In this document: piece after piece, positions 9,761-19,215 of the stretch
Position numbering within the stretch: the first letter of the stretch is position 1
Layout of the letters: the number at the start of each line of letters is the position of its first letter
DNA from: a virus
Length of the DNA: 64,000 nucleotides
Virus record (IMG/VR): IMGVR_UViG_3300020424_000002
Span: 32,001 to 96,000 of that record
Reading direction: 5' to 3' (one strand)
Notes under the pieces: model-generated
The model's input: the letters and a program-made list of their open reading frames with translations, nothing else
Databases searched by the model: none
What the model was told of the DNA's origin: nothing
Position numbers and translations under genes: made by a program

Positions 9761-11275
9761 CTAATATTGTGGTTCTGGCCCATGGTCTGCATGAGTATCC
9801 ATAGACACTTGATATCCATCCGAGGTGACTGTGAGTTGTGTTTCGAGTCCATCTCCTGTCCCTCTCCAAGTAATACCTTCTACAAGCATCTTGCCATTGT
9901 GCGTTATCTCATCCTTCACTGTAGTAGTCGGAGTTGGTTGTTTGATATCTATATTGATGACCATACCAGATGAAATATTAGTTCTCCCAGATATCTGAAT
10001 GTCCATACGATTACTCTCGAATAGTTTTTCTACTCTATCTCTGTTTAATTTATCACTCTCAGTCCCATATAATACACTATTTCCACTCGGATTTACTCCT
10101 TGACCCATGGAAAAAGGTGTATTATAATCAAAAGTGATAGACGCGCCTGGGTTTTCTATGATACTATCTCCCTTATGGGCAACAGTAGCGGTATCTAAGA
10201 CGCTTCCAACGCCCCCATCTGGTGGTATTCTGATAGATTCATTAGATAATCGGAAATTTGGCGCCTCACTTAAGGACTTTTTCTTGTAAGTAACTGCATC
10301 TCCACCTCTTTTTCCCTGTTTGAGAGAGAATTGTTGTGTAAATTGACTGTCAACAGTGGTCAAAGTCTTTGCAATAGGGTTATATACCTGTATAGCACCC
10401 CCATATAGGCCGTGAGAGTGATTATCTAAGACATTATGTGTGTTTCTCTTAATGTAGGAGAGTATGTCGTTCCCGCGTGCATCTACGAAGTCGTAATTAA
10501 AAGAGTCATCTCCATCTCCCATACGCGGAGCAAACTTCACATCTCCCTCTAAGTACTCTACTTTCATCATAGACTCCACATTGTGAAACTTAAAGCCATT
10601 TAATGCTGTCTGATAGAAGTAATAAGAGTCGCCCCAAGGCTTATCGGTGTCGTCTGAGGTGTGGTCTCTCAGCCACTCTAAGGTTTTATGCACTGACCAA
10701 TTAGGTACTAGGACTGAGGTTTCATCTCCCTCGGACTGAAAGACACTAAAGTAATTACCGAGTTCCTTCCCCCCTGGCGTATGCACTTTAGCATTGCTTT
10801 TATTCCCCTTAAATAATAATTTATCTTGACATATTTTATTTAATATATCTCCAGTCTTGCCTCTATACATCTGAGATATTCTCTGAGTTCTTGCTAAATA
10901 TTCCAAAGGAGAACAAAATTCTAGATTATATAATGTATTTGTAGGGTTATCTATGTCTCTGTAATGGACTGAAACATTAAATATTCGGAATACTTGGTCA
11001 ATTTGTTGGTCTGCTGGGACTATTTCTTCGTTTCCCTGTATACCACCGATATGTATTCGAATATATTCTTGACCAGTAAATCCAATACGATTAAAGAAAT
11101 TTGCAGAGTCCGCTAGTGTAATAGAACCTGTAAGAAACATCTGATAAATACTTTCAGATATCTCAAAGTCTACCATTAAATTACTTACTTCATAGGAATT
11201 ACCTTCATTATTACTAATAGTAATACTCTCAATCCTATAAGAATTAGGTTGATTTCTTCCGACTGTAATAGGCAT
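9761..11275 (-). CDS. Baseplate hub protein (gp27/gpD-like)
   Basis: ISESIY..FLTGSITLADS, IGFTGQEYI, YYFYQT..GFKF, ISG...I.SGMVI pattern; next to gp53. Confidence 0.7.
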   Translation of the reverse strand: MPITVGRNQPNSYRIESITISNNEGNSYEVSNLMVDFEISESIYQMFLTGSITLADSANFFNRIGFTGQEYIRIHIGGIQGNEEIVPADQQIDQVFRIFNVSVHYRDIDNPTNTLYNLEFCSPLEYLARTQRISQMYRGKTGDILNKICQDKLLFKGNKSNAKVHTPGGKELGNYFSVFQSEGDETSVLVPNWSVHKTLEWLRDHTSDDTDKPWGDSYYFYQTALNGFKFHNVESMMKVEYLEGDVKFAPRMGDGDDSFNYDFVDARGNDILSYIKRNTHNVLDNHSHGLYGGAIQVYNPIAKTLTTVDSQFTQQFSLKQGKRGGDAVTYKKKSLSEAPNFRLSNESIRIPPDGGVGSVLDTATVAHKGDSIIENPGASITFDYNTPFSMGQGVNPSGNSVLYGTESDKLNRDRVEKLFESNRMDIQISGRTNISSGMVINIDIKQPTPTTTVKDEITHNGKMLVEGITWRGTGDGLETQLTVTSDGYQVSMDTHADHGPEPQY

Positions 11276-11281
11276 TTCTGA

Positions 11282-12007
11282 TTATTCTCTTATCATACTC
11301 TTGAATTCTCTGAGTAATTGTGGTACAAAGTCTGTTTTAATATACCTTATATTCCTCTTCGAATCATTTAGAGTTTGTTCATATTCACTATTGGTGACCA
11401 TAGTAGTGGTCTCTGAGGTTGTTTTGTTACCATCTGAGTTGATATAATGGTGTGGACTATCTGAAAAATTTCTGACCGAACTAAGAGTAAAACTCTTGGA
11501 CGACTGGGAGCCTGTGACAGTTTCGTTTACTTGGAATATACCTTGGACATCATTGAGAATTAATTGTTTATTAGTAGGGTCTATCTTGGTGACATATCCA
11601 AATGCCGAACTGGTAGAACCTACTACCTTTTCTCCCTGTAAAAATTTCGAATCCGAACTAGATACGATATCCGACTGTTGGTTGCTGACCAGTGCTTTAC
11701 CACTATATTTTCTTGCAATAAATCGTTCTAATATGGACTGAGATTTGGGCCAATCATTATAGGTTGCAAATTGGTCATTTACCATCCAGAATAACCAGTA
11801 TAAGGTTGCATCTCCATATAGTTTAGTTGCAAGGACATCTGGTCTGTCTTGGTCATTAATATAATAATATTCGTATCCTGTGACCGCTTCATCACTGTTA
11901 TCTCTGACTCTAATATTACGAAAGATGTCTTTTGCTTCTATAAGTTCACCATCATTTTTGACATCGAAGTCAATAGTTGGATAATGTTTAAAGTATTTTT
12001 CTGCCAT
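11282..12007 (-). CDS. gp53: Baseplate wedge subunit gp53
   Basis: YFKHYPTI, DRPDVLA.KLYGD..LYW, DWP.S, HHY, EYE..LND.KR.I. Confidence 0.9.
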   Translation of the reverse strand: MAEKYFKHYPTIDFDVKNDGELIEAKDIFRNIRVRDNSDEAVTGYEYYYINDQDRPDVLATKLYGDATLYWLFWMVNDQFATYNDWPKSQSILERFIARKYSGKALVSNQQSDIVSSSDSKFLQGEKVVGSTSSAFGYVTKIDPTNKQLILNDVQGIFQVNETVTGSQSSKSFTLSSVRNFSDSPHHYINSDGNKTTSETTTMVTNSEYEQTLNDSKRNIRYIKTDFVPQLLREFKSMIRE

Positions 12008-13390
12008 TTATTCTCCCTCTACCTTTCTCCTTACTCCCCATGTTTCAATTGTTCTTTTCCCACTTGAAATGAAATATGCTTCATACTCAGGCCCTAATTG
12101 TCTTGCATAATTTTTGGCCATATGAGCAGCACTTTTACTAGTCCATGTTCTTTTTGCTAACTCAGCATCTTCTGTTGCCTCGTCTGTTGCTTTTTTATCA
12201 TTTACTTGGTCTTTTAAGTTTGTCTCAAAATCTCTTAATTCTTTTGCAACATCTTGTTCTCTACCTCTTGCATTTGCAGCCACTCTATCAATATATCTAA
12301 TTCTATCAATGTTGAGTATTTCTTGGAAAGACAAATTTAATATAACACCATTAGGATAATGTTGCATTGCAGAGTAATCATTTTGAGAAAAACCAGTATT
12401 ATCTTCGTCTTTTTGAGGGAATGACTCAATAAATGACATATCTTTACCACCAGAATAGTCCACATCACATGCAGTTAAGAAACAGTTTTGTGGATGTTCT
12501 ATGTGTCCTAATATAGGGCCTCTAAAGTCTATACTCCACTCTGCAGGCATTAACATTTGTCTTCTATTAGCACTCATAGACATTGGTAACATCATAGTCT
12601 TAAACCAATGTATTATTTTAGTAATTTCTTCTGCATCTGCTTTATTATATGGATTTAAACTAAATGAATAACTATGATTTCTAAATGTTACTCCTTGGAA
12701 TGTATTAAATTTAGGATTACCTGTGACTACTCCACTCTGTAGTTGTTCAAATGATACTAATCCTTCTCTTATTTTGTCGTATTGTTCTCCTAACATGGCT
12801 TTAAAATCTGTGCCTCTGAACTGAGATAAATCATTAACTGCAATATCAGCAAGACCAATATCTCTGACCTCATAATCAACATTGACTGCATCTTTGACAT
12901 TATTTGGAAAATACAACATAATAGTACATTCATCTGCACTATTATATTCTTTACCAGTATCTTTATCAATGTTTAAAGATAATCCATAATCATTAGGGTT
13001 TCCCACCCCTTGCGTCTTAGTTCCAGCAGCTAATCCAGCATGTGCTTTATGGATAGTTCTGAATATAATCCAGTTGTCAACAAATCTATTATCATCTGTA
13101 GGGAATCTCATTATTTCCCTACCTTCTGGTTTAACCTCTGATGTTATTTGTGCAATAGATTCACCTATGGCTTTTTCTGCTTTTGCTCTTCCTTCTGCAT
13201 TTAATAATGCTTCTTCTGTAATTTTAGATGGAATATTAGATAATTTAATACCTGTTTTCATTGCAATTAGGTCATCTAATGCACCACTTATTTTTGAATT
13301 AAATGATGCTCTTTGACCACCAAGTGCAGAGTTTAAGTCCTCTTTAATAGAACCAAGCAGTTTTGCTTTAAGGGATTTGAAAAAATTCAT
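12008..13390 (-). CDS. gp48: Baseplate tail tube cap gp48
   Basis: LYFP, NP..FQGVTFRNHSYSFSL.P.N..DA..I..II..FK, CFLT...VDY, LSFQE. Confidence 0.8.
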   Translation of the reverse strand: MNFFKSLKAKLLGSIKEDLNSALGGQRASFNSKISGALDDLIAMKTGIKLSNIPSKITEEALLNAEGRAKAEKAIGESIAQITSEVKPEGREIMRFPTDDNRFVDNWIIFRTIHKAHAGLAAGTKTQGVGNPNDYGLSLNIDKDTGKEYNSADECTIMLYFPNNVKDAVNVDYEVRDIGLADIAVNDLSQFRGTDFKAMLGEQYDKIREGLVSFEQLQSGVVTGNPKFNTFQGVTFRNHSYSFSLNPYNKADAEEITKIIHWFKTMMLPMSMSANRRQMLMPAEWSIDFRGPILGHIEHPQNCFLTACDVDYSGGKDMSFIESFPQKDEDNTGFSQNDYSAMQHYPNGVILNLSFQEILNIDRIRYIDRVAANARGREQDVAKELRDFETNLKDQVNDKKATDEATEDAELAKRTWTSKSAAHMAKNYARQLGPEYEAYFISSGKRTIETWGVRRKVEGE

Positions 13391-13432
13391 ATAAATATCT
13401 CTATAAGGTTAATGTATGTATAAGGTATTTAT

Positions 13433-13864
13433 ATGAGTTACAAGGGAAGATTCAAGCCAAAGAACTATAAAAAATATAAAGGTGACCCAACAAAAATTAC
13501 TTATCGTTCTATGTGGGAATTAAGGTTTATGAAGTATTGTGATAAGAATGATTCTATTCTAGAATGGAGTAGTGAAGAGATTATTATACCTTATCGTTCC
13601 ATTGATAATAAAGTCCATCGATATTATCCAGACTTTTGGATTAAATATAAGAACTTTGAGGGTAAGATAATTCAAGAAATAATAGAAGTTAAACCCAAAG
13701 CACAATGTGTAAGACCTAGTAAGAAAGGTAAACATTATGGTAAATATCTTCGTGAAGCAAGACGATATGCAATCAATGAGTCTAAATGGGATGCAGCGAG
13801 AGAGTTTTGTTTGGATAGAGGATATAAATTTAGAATATTAACCGAAGACCATCTAGTCAAATAG
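13433..13864 (+). CDS. gp4: Head completion nuclease gp4
   Basis: YKGRFKPKN..KYKGD, YRSMWE, WSSEE, HRYYPDF, IEVKP, N..KW.AA. Confidence 0.95.
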   Translation: MSYKGRFKPKNYKKYKGDPTKITYRSMWELRFMKYCDKNDSILEWSSEEIIIPYRSIDNKVHRYYPDFWIKYKNFEGKIIQEIIEVKPKAQCVRPSKKGKHYGKYLREARRYAINESKWDAAREFCLDRGYKFRILTEDHLVK

Positions 13865-13865
13865 C

Positions 13866-13990
13866 AAGAAAGACGAGGGTTCTTATGTTTCATTCGTCTT
13901 TCTTAACTCTTCCAGACCTAGGGAAGGGAGCGACCACTTCATTATTCTCCTGTCTGGGATTATCCCCTACGACCTATGGGGTCACGCCGT
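13866..13990. ncRNA. Structured intergenic element (candidate sRNA/terminator)
   Basis: 11-bp perfect inverted repeat 13866-76/13894-904; CCAGAC 13912/GTCTGG 13952; GACC/GGTC hairpin 13971-83; GC-rich. Confidence 0.4.
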
Positions 13991-14024
13991 TACTTTATTA
14001 TAAATCCATATCTCCAAACCTCAC

Positions 14025-14282
14025 TTAAATATCTGCTTTTTCTAACATTGAAAGAGGAACTCTGTATTGTTGACCTCTCATTTGAACAACCGCTTTCTTT
14101 AGTTTAATCTCGATGATTTTACCATAAGTTTTTTTAGTCTTTTGAACTACGAAAACACCATCACCTGCTTTGAAAGATGCCTTTGCAAGTGCATCCAATA
14201 TATCTTTACCAAAATTGTAAATTTCTGCTAACTGTTCTGGAGTTTTAATCTTTGACAGTTCTTTAATTAATGTTTTATTCAT
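14025..14282 (-). CDS. Hypothetical SH3/KOW-like early protein
   Basis: FKAGD.V.V......G.I..I..K.A.V......YRVP pattern; SD GAGG; own sigma70 promoter. Confidence 0.6.
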   Translation of the reverse strand: MNKTLIKELSKIKTPEQLAEIYNFGKDILDALAKASFKAGDGVFVVQKTKKTYGKIIEIKLKKAVVQMRGQQYRVPLSMLEKADI

Positions 14283-14306
14283 ATTTCCTCACTTAATTAC
14301 AAGAGT

Positions 14307-14336
14307 ATTATACAAAAATATGTACCTATCTGTCAA
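14307..14336 (-). promoter_or_regulatory. Sigma70-type promoter with GGTACA spacer box
   Basis: TTGACA-N4-GGTACA-N8-TATAAT. Confidence 0.85.
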
Positions 14337-14341
14337 AGTGG

Positions 14342-14349
14342 TATAAATA
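14342..14349 (+). promoter_or_regulatory. T4-type late promoter
   Basis: TATAAATA 5 nt before the gp2 ATG. Confidence 0.8.
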
Positions 14350-14354
14350 CATGT

Positions 14355-14939
14355 ATGGCAGGATTATTCGACAAGTTAGAAAGAGAAGCCTTTAGAGGTG
14401 GAATCCAAGCAAGGACTAAAGAGTCCATGAGATGGTTTAGAACTCGTGTCTCTCAAATAAAAGGTGTCAATAGAAACCAATTGATGAAAGATGCAAGAAA
14501 TAGAAAAAGGTTCATATATGGTGACATGTATATGTACATGTATGACCCTAAACATAAACGAACCTTACCTTATTATGATAGATTCCCTCTTACTATACCA
14601 ATAGAACCAGCAAAAGGTGGTTTTTTAGGGTTAAACTTGCATTATTTACCACATACATTGAGAGCTCAGTTTTTAGACCAATTATATGACCGAACAAATA
14701 ACACTAAGTATGACGAATCAACTAGATTTAATGTCACATATCAATTACTTAAAGGTATTAGTGGTAAACCATATTTTAAACCATGTGTAAAACATTATTT
14801 AACCAGTCAGATACGAAGCAGTTTTGCAATAGTAGACTCAGCAGATTGGGAGATTGCAATATTTCTACCAACTGAATCATTTAGAAAGTCTACTATGGAT
14901 AATGTCTGGAAAGAAAGTAGGAAGAAAATAGCAGGATGA
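14355..14939 (+). CDS. gp2: DNA end protector gp2
   Basis: MYMYMYDPKHK.TLPYYDRFPL, GFLGLNLHYL, KPCVKHYL, W..A.FLPTE.F. Confidence 0.95.
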   Translation: MAGLFDKLEREAFRGGIQARTKESMRWFRTRVSQIKGVNRNQLMKDARNRKRFIYGDMYMYMYDPKHKRTLPYYDRFPLTIPIEPAKGGFLGLNLHYLPHTLRAQFLDQLYDRTNNTKYDESTRFNVTYQLLKGISGKPYFKPCVKHYLTSQIRSSFAIVDSADWEIAIFLPTESFRKSTMDNVWKESRKKIAG

Positions 14940-15547
14940 AATTAGAAAGATTTAAAGCACAGATAGATAATTTGCAAAGACCCAATAGATATAATATATC
15001 AATGTTTGGCACTGGTGCAAAGACTGGTGGTCTATCAATCAGAGGATTAAAATGTGAATCTGCAACTATGCCAGGCAGAGGTTTCTTTACTCAAGAGGAA
15101 TCAGAATATGGGCCTAAAAGAGCAATCCCACACAAACCACAATATGACCAATTTGATTGTTCTTTTTATATGACAAACGATTTTGAAGAAAGAGAGTTGA
15201 TTGAATTGTGGCAATCACAAATAAATTCATTTCAAAGTGGTAATTTTCACAGTAAATTTCATGATGATTATACTGGAATTATATTACTAGAAATGTTAGA
15301 TAAAAATGATTTTGTTAATTACAGATGTATCATGACTGATGCATTTCCATTACAATTAGGTGTAATAAATGTAGGATATGAGAATACAGATGTAATGAAA
15401 TTTAACGCACAATTTAGATATAGATATTGGAATAGTGAATTTACTAATTCTAAACCATCTAACCTAATTACTGGTTATTTGGATAAATATTTTTCTAAAC
15501 TTGGAAACAAGGTAAGAGGTAAAATCGAAGATGCAATCTTTGATTAA
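14936..15547 (+). CDS. Baseplate tail-tube initiator (gp54/gp19-like)
   Basis: RPNRY, CESATMPG, DAFP, F.Y..W tube-fold motifs; position between gp2 and gp26. Confidence 0.75.
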   Translation: MKLERFKAQIDNLQRPNRYNISMFGTGAKTGGLSIRGLKCESATMPGRGFFTQEESEYGPKRAIPHKPQYDQFDCSFYMTNDFEERELIELWQSQINSFQSGNFHSKFHDDYTGIILLEMLDKNDFVNYRCIMTDAFPLQLGVINVGYENTDVMKFNAQFRYRYWNSEFTNSKPSNLITGYLDKYFSKLGNKVRGKIEDAIFD

Positions 15548-15563
15548 TTGATAGGAGTATATT

Positions 15564-16289
15564 ATGGCATTACCTAAATTAAATACTATAGAGTATTTTT
15601 GTAAGTTACCTGTCTCTGGTAGAGAAGCAAAATACCGACCATTCACTGTAGGTGAACAAAAGGTATTACTTCAAGCACTAGAAGATGGAGAAGTTAAGAC
15701 GATATCTAACACTGTTGTCAACTTAGTTGACTCGTGTTGCACTTTAACTGAGTCGAAAGACACTGTTAGGGATTTATCGAATACAGACTTAGAGTACTTA
15801 TTCTTACAAGTAAGGATTAAGTCTGTTGGTGAAGTCACCAATGTAGTACTTGGTTGTGAAAACCAACCTACATGTGATGGACAATCTACTGTAGAAGTAG
15901 ATTTAACAAGTATTGATATTGAAGGAGAAATTAAGGATAATAAAATTATGTTAACAGATAGTGTTGGTGTAACTCTAAAAGTTCCTAATTTCAACGAAAT
16001 ACAAGCAACTATTGGAGATATAACTGAAATAGGTTCTAGTGACATATTCAGTGTATTAGCACAATCAATAGAATCTATATTTGATGCAGAAGAAGTCCAT
16101 AATAAAGGTGATTTTACAACCAAAGAGTTAAATGATTTTGTTAATGAATTATCTACAGAACAATTTAACAATATAATGGAATGGTTTAGTAGCTTACCAA
16201 AACTGATTAAGGATGTCGAATACAATTGCAGTAAATGTGGAACACCATGTAAGGTTAGGTTAGAAGGAATACAGAATTTTTTCGTCTAA
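15564..16289 (+). CDS. gp26: Baseplate hub assembly chaperone gp26
   Basis: MALPKL, YRPFTV.E.K.LL.A, DLEYLFLQVR.KSVGE, C..C, LEG.QNFF. Confidence 0.9.
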   Translation: MALPKLNTIEYFCKLPVSGREAKYRPFTVGEQKVLLQALEDGEVKTISNTVVNLVDSCCTLTESKDTVRDLSNTDLEYLFLQVRIKSVGEVTNVVLGCENQPTCDGQSTVEVDLTSIDIEGEIKDNKIMLTDSVGVTLKVPNFNEIQATIGDITEIGSSDIFSVLAQSIESIFDAEEVHNKGDFTTKELNDFVNELSTEQFNNIMEWFSSLPKLIKDVEYNCSKCGTPCKVRLEGIQNFFV

Positions 16290-16474
16290 CCCTTTCTCAT
16301 GAAACACTTGCAAATTATATTCAAACAAACTTTGGTTTAATCCAACATCATGGTTGGTCACTAAACGAACTGGATGATATGCATCCATGGGAAAGGGAAA
16401 TATATGTTTCCCTACTACTACAACATCTCGAAGAAGAGGAGTTGAAGTATAAACAAGCTCAAAATAAAAGATAG
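16283..16474 (+). CDS. gp51: gp51-like domain with no start codon; probable -1 frameshift extension of gp26
   Basis: LSHETLANYIQTNFGLIQHHGWSLNELDDMHPWEREIYVSLL matches the short gp51 of T4-like phages; -1 frame relative to gp26; slippery T TTT TTC at 16277-83. Confidence 0.85.
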   Translation, partial: RLTLSHETLANYIQTNFGLIQHHGWSLNELDDMHPWEREIYVSLLLQHLEEEELKYKQAQNKR

Positions 16475-16483
16475 GAGAGTATT

Positions 16484-16867
16484 ATGAGTGATAGAGAAAA
16501 GTTTAGTGGTGACATGAGTCGTAATGAGGTTGAAATTGACCTCAGTAAATTTATGGAAATGGTCACTGAGAACAACGACCTCAAACAAAAAATATTTGAG
16601 TTAGAACATGATGACAAAAAAAATCCATGGCAAAAATGGATATTTCTTGCAAGAGCAGTAGATAGTTGGAGAATATGGCCTCGTGCATTTTTAAGTGTGT
16701 ACATATTCTTAATTTACTTCGTAGTAATGTGGTTCATAGGATTAGAAGCACCGACAATGGAACAGTCTGGTCTTATCAGTATTCTGGTAGGAGCTGGAGC
16801 TGCTTGGTTTGGACTGTATGTAAATAGTGCAGCTAAAGAACACGATTCAAATAACAATAGTAAATAA
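16484..16867 (+). CDS. Two-TM membrane protein with N-terminal coiled coil
   Basis: DSWRIWPR followed by two hydrophobic helices, GA.AAWFGLY; SD AGGAG. Confidence 0.65.
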   Translation: MSDREKFSGDMSRNEVEIDLSKFMEMVTENNDLKQKIFELEHDDKKNPWQKWIFLARAVDSWRIWPRAFLSVYIFLIYFVVMWFIGLEAPTMEQSGLISILVGAGAAWFGLYVNSAAKEHDSNNNSK

Positions 16868-16875
16868 ATAGTATT

Positions 16876-18813
16876 ATGGCAGAAGAACCTAAAGAAGTTG
16901 GAGCTGGGTTGGAAAAAATCTTCATGAATCGTATCGTGAAGCAAATAAAAGAATCCAATACAGAAAATACAATGACCCTTGCAGAAAAGATTGAGACTGC
17001 AATGGAAGGTATTTCTAATTTAAATGTTGCAGACACCAATAAATTAACCATGGCTACTAAAATGCAAGGTTCAATGGTCAAAGAATCAATAGATGACTTT
17101 ATAAATGAAAGTGGGATTGCAAATCTTACTAAAAATATAGACATTTTAGAATCAGACATATCTGATATGAAATCCACATTAGAAAAGAATGGTCAAGATA
17201 CCAATATATCTGCAATCAAAGAACTAGAGGAACAGAAAAGACAACTAGAAGAAATTCGTCAATATGGTAAAACTCTAAGTGGATTTGAAAGAAATGTTAT
17301 TAAAGTTTTTGGTGGTGGATTTGAAGAGTTAAAAAGGTCTGTTCAAGAAGGTGGTAACTTAACTGTTGCTGGAATTGCAACTTCATTTAAAGATAATCTT
17401 AGAGGAGACTTTGATAGAGTATTAAGTTTCTTTGGGCCTGCTGTTGGTATATTACAACAAATACCATTCCTTGGTACTATACTTACATTCATAGGACAAA
17501 GTATGAAATCAGTCTTGATTAGATTAGCAATGGCTGCCAAAGATAGAATATTTGGTAAAAAAACTGATAAGAAACGACTATCAATAGACGAAACTAATCT
17601 TAAAATAAATCAAAGGAATGTTAAACTTCAAGAACAACAATTAAGAACACAAAATAAAGCTGCAATATCTGGACAAACAGTTCTAGGTGGTGGAGATGAC
17701 CAACCAGTAGAAGCTGAAGGTGATGATGCAAAAGGTGGTGGTTCATTTAGAGCTGCATCTGTATTCTTAGGAGTTGCAGCTGCAATTGGTGGTGTTGCTG
17801 GTGCTGGATTATCTGCAGCTGCAGCTGGTATGAGTATATTTGCAAAAGGTGCTTTAAGATTTGCAGCTGCATTAGCAGTTGGTGGTCTTGCACTAGGTGT
17901 AGGGTTCACTGGTGTTTTTGGTGCATTTGCACTTGGTGAAAAGATGGGAGCATTCGATGGAATGGAAGCATTTGGTAAGGTCAATATGCTTAAAGTTCTT
18001 GGTAGTATGTTAGGTCTTGCAACTTTAATGGGAGTCTTAGGTTCAATTGTAACCTCTGGTATTGGTGCATTAATCATGGGAGCTGGTGCATTAGCAATCA
18101 TGGCTTTAGTAGGTACTTTGGTCTTGATGGGTAAAGGATTAGGTGAGTTTGCAGAGGGTATTTTACCTTTTGAAAAAATGAATATCCCTAGAATAAAAAC
18201 TAACATACAAGATATGGCAACTGTGGCTCCTGAGATTAAAGAATTAATGGATGCTGGTAGTGGTTCATTCTTTTCTTTTGGTGACCATCCTTTAAAGAAA
18301 CTTGCAGATGCATTAAGACCATATGAAGGTGATATGGGAAATGCAGCTGGAAATCTTAAAGAACTTAAAGGTGCATTAACAAATTTCGAATTACCTAAAA
18401 CAACTCTAGGAGAAGCATTGAGAGATTTCTTTGGTGTAGGTGCAATTGACCAATTAAATAGACTTGGAGAAATAGAAATAAAAGATGGACTAGGTGTTGA
18501 AATGTCTAGTCTTGGTAATGGTGTAAGTGTATTATCAAAGGCATTAAATAATTTAGATAGTACTAAAGTTGGACATTTAAAAGAACTATCAAATGCATTA
18601 GGTCGTATGAATAAAGTTGAGTTGAATTTTGGAACTGTTGGAATCCAGTCACCAACATTTACATCTGAAAATGGTGATATGACTGGTCAAACAGTTATTA
18701 ACAATGTAGTTTCAAATCCAATAAGTCAAAATAATACAACTATTAGACAAAGTTATATGGCAACTGGTTCTAAGGCAGTTCCTTCCCACATTCATTATAA
18801 TTCAATGAAGTAA
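16876..18813 (+). CDS. Tail tape measure protein (gp29-like)
   Basis: Coiled-coil N-terminus, Gly/Ala-rich hydrophobic core, C-terminal TVINNVV motif; follows gp26/51. Confidence 0.7.
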   Translation: MAEEPKEVGAGLEKIFMNRIVKQIKESNTENTMTLAEKIETAMEGISNLNVADTNKLTMATKMQGSMVKESIDDFINESGIANLTKNIDILESDISDMKSTLEKNGQDTNISAIKELEEQKRQLEEIRQYGKTLSGFERNVIKVFGGGFEELKRSVQEGGNLTVAGIATSFKDNLRGDFDRVLSFFGPAVGILQQIPFLGTILTFIGQSMKSVLIRLAMAAKDRIFGKKTDKKRLSIDETNLKINQRNVKLQEQQLRTQNKAAISGQTVLGGGDDQPVEAEGDDAKGGGSFRAASVFLGVAAAIGGVAGAGLSAAAAGMSIFAKGALRFAAALAVGGLALGVGFTGVFGAFALGEKMGAFDGMEAFGKVNMLKVLGSMLGLATLMGVLGSIVTSGIGALIMGAGALAIMALVGTLVLMGKGLGEFAEGILPFEKMNIPRIKTNIQDMATVAPEIKELMDAGSGSFFSFGDHPLKKLADALRPYEGDMGNAAGNLKELKGALTNFELPKTTLGEALRDFFGVGAIDQLNRLGEIEIKDGLGVEMSSLGNGVSVLSKALNNLDSTKVGHLKELSNALGRMNKVELNFGTVGIQSPTFTSENGDMTGQTVINNVVSNPISQNNTTIRQSYMATGSKAVPSHIHYNSMK

Positions 18814-18817
18814 ACCT

Positions 18818-19045
18818 TCAAGTTAACCCCATATCTTTACCCCAAGGCCCTTCATAATTAGGTGAGGGATACTTATCCTTTCTTTTGTACTTAGTTTTAT
18901 CTCGATGGACTTGAGACTGTCCATGTTTAGGTGTCACCTTGCGTGACTTAACCTTTGGTTCTTTCTTACCAAATGCCTTTTCCCAATTATCCTCGAATTG
19001 TTTATCACTGACCACTGTAGGTCTCCTTTTAGAACCTTTTCCCAT
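18818..19045 (-). CDS. Small basic hypothetical protein
   Basis: MGKGSKRRP...F..NW..AFGK; Lys/Arg-rich. Confidence 0.6.
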   Translation of the reverse strand: MGKGSKRRPTVVSDKQFEDNWEKAFGKKEPKVKSRKVTPKHGQSQVHRDKTKYKRKDKYPSPNYEGPWGKDMGLT

Positions 19046-19059
19046 AATTAATTAGAAGT

Positions 19060-19215
19060 GTTAAGAGCCCCTCAGTTATCCCGCTCGTTAACATGATATC
19101 CTCTGCCGCTGTCGATATCTTACCACGATTATGTACCCAAACCTCAACCATCCTACTTGGTACATTCTCTGAGTCAAGTGGTAACTCAGCCCCCTAAGTC
19201 AATCCTTTAGTGCAT
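19060..19215 (-). ncRNA. Candidate late-expressed multi-hairpin RNA
   Basis: TATAAATA at 19220-27 (-); hairpins 19169-89, 19131-65 and 19095-119, plus an enclosing stem 19085/19128; GC-rich and non-coding. Confidence 0.55.

Noticed and set aside
8000-12000. Strand switch of GTC/GAC (primase sites) around the repeats
   Set aside because: Both triplets are common on both sides; explained by locally higher GC
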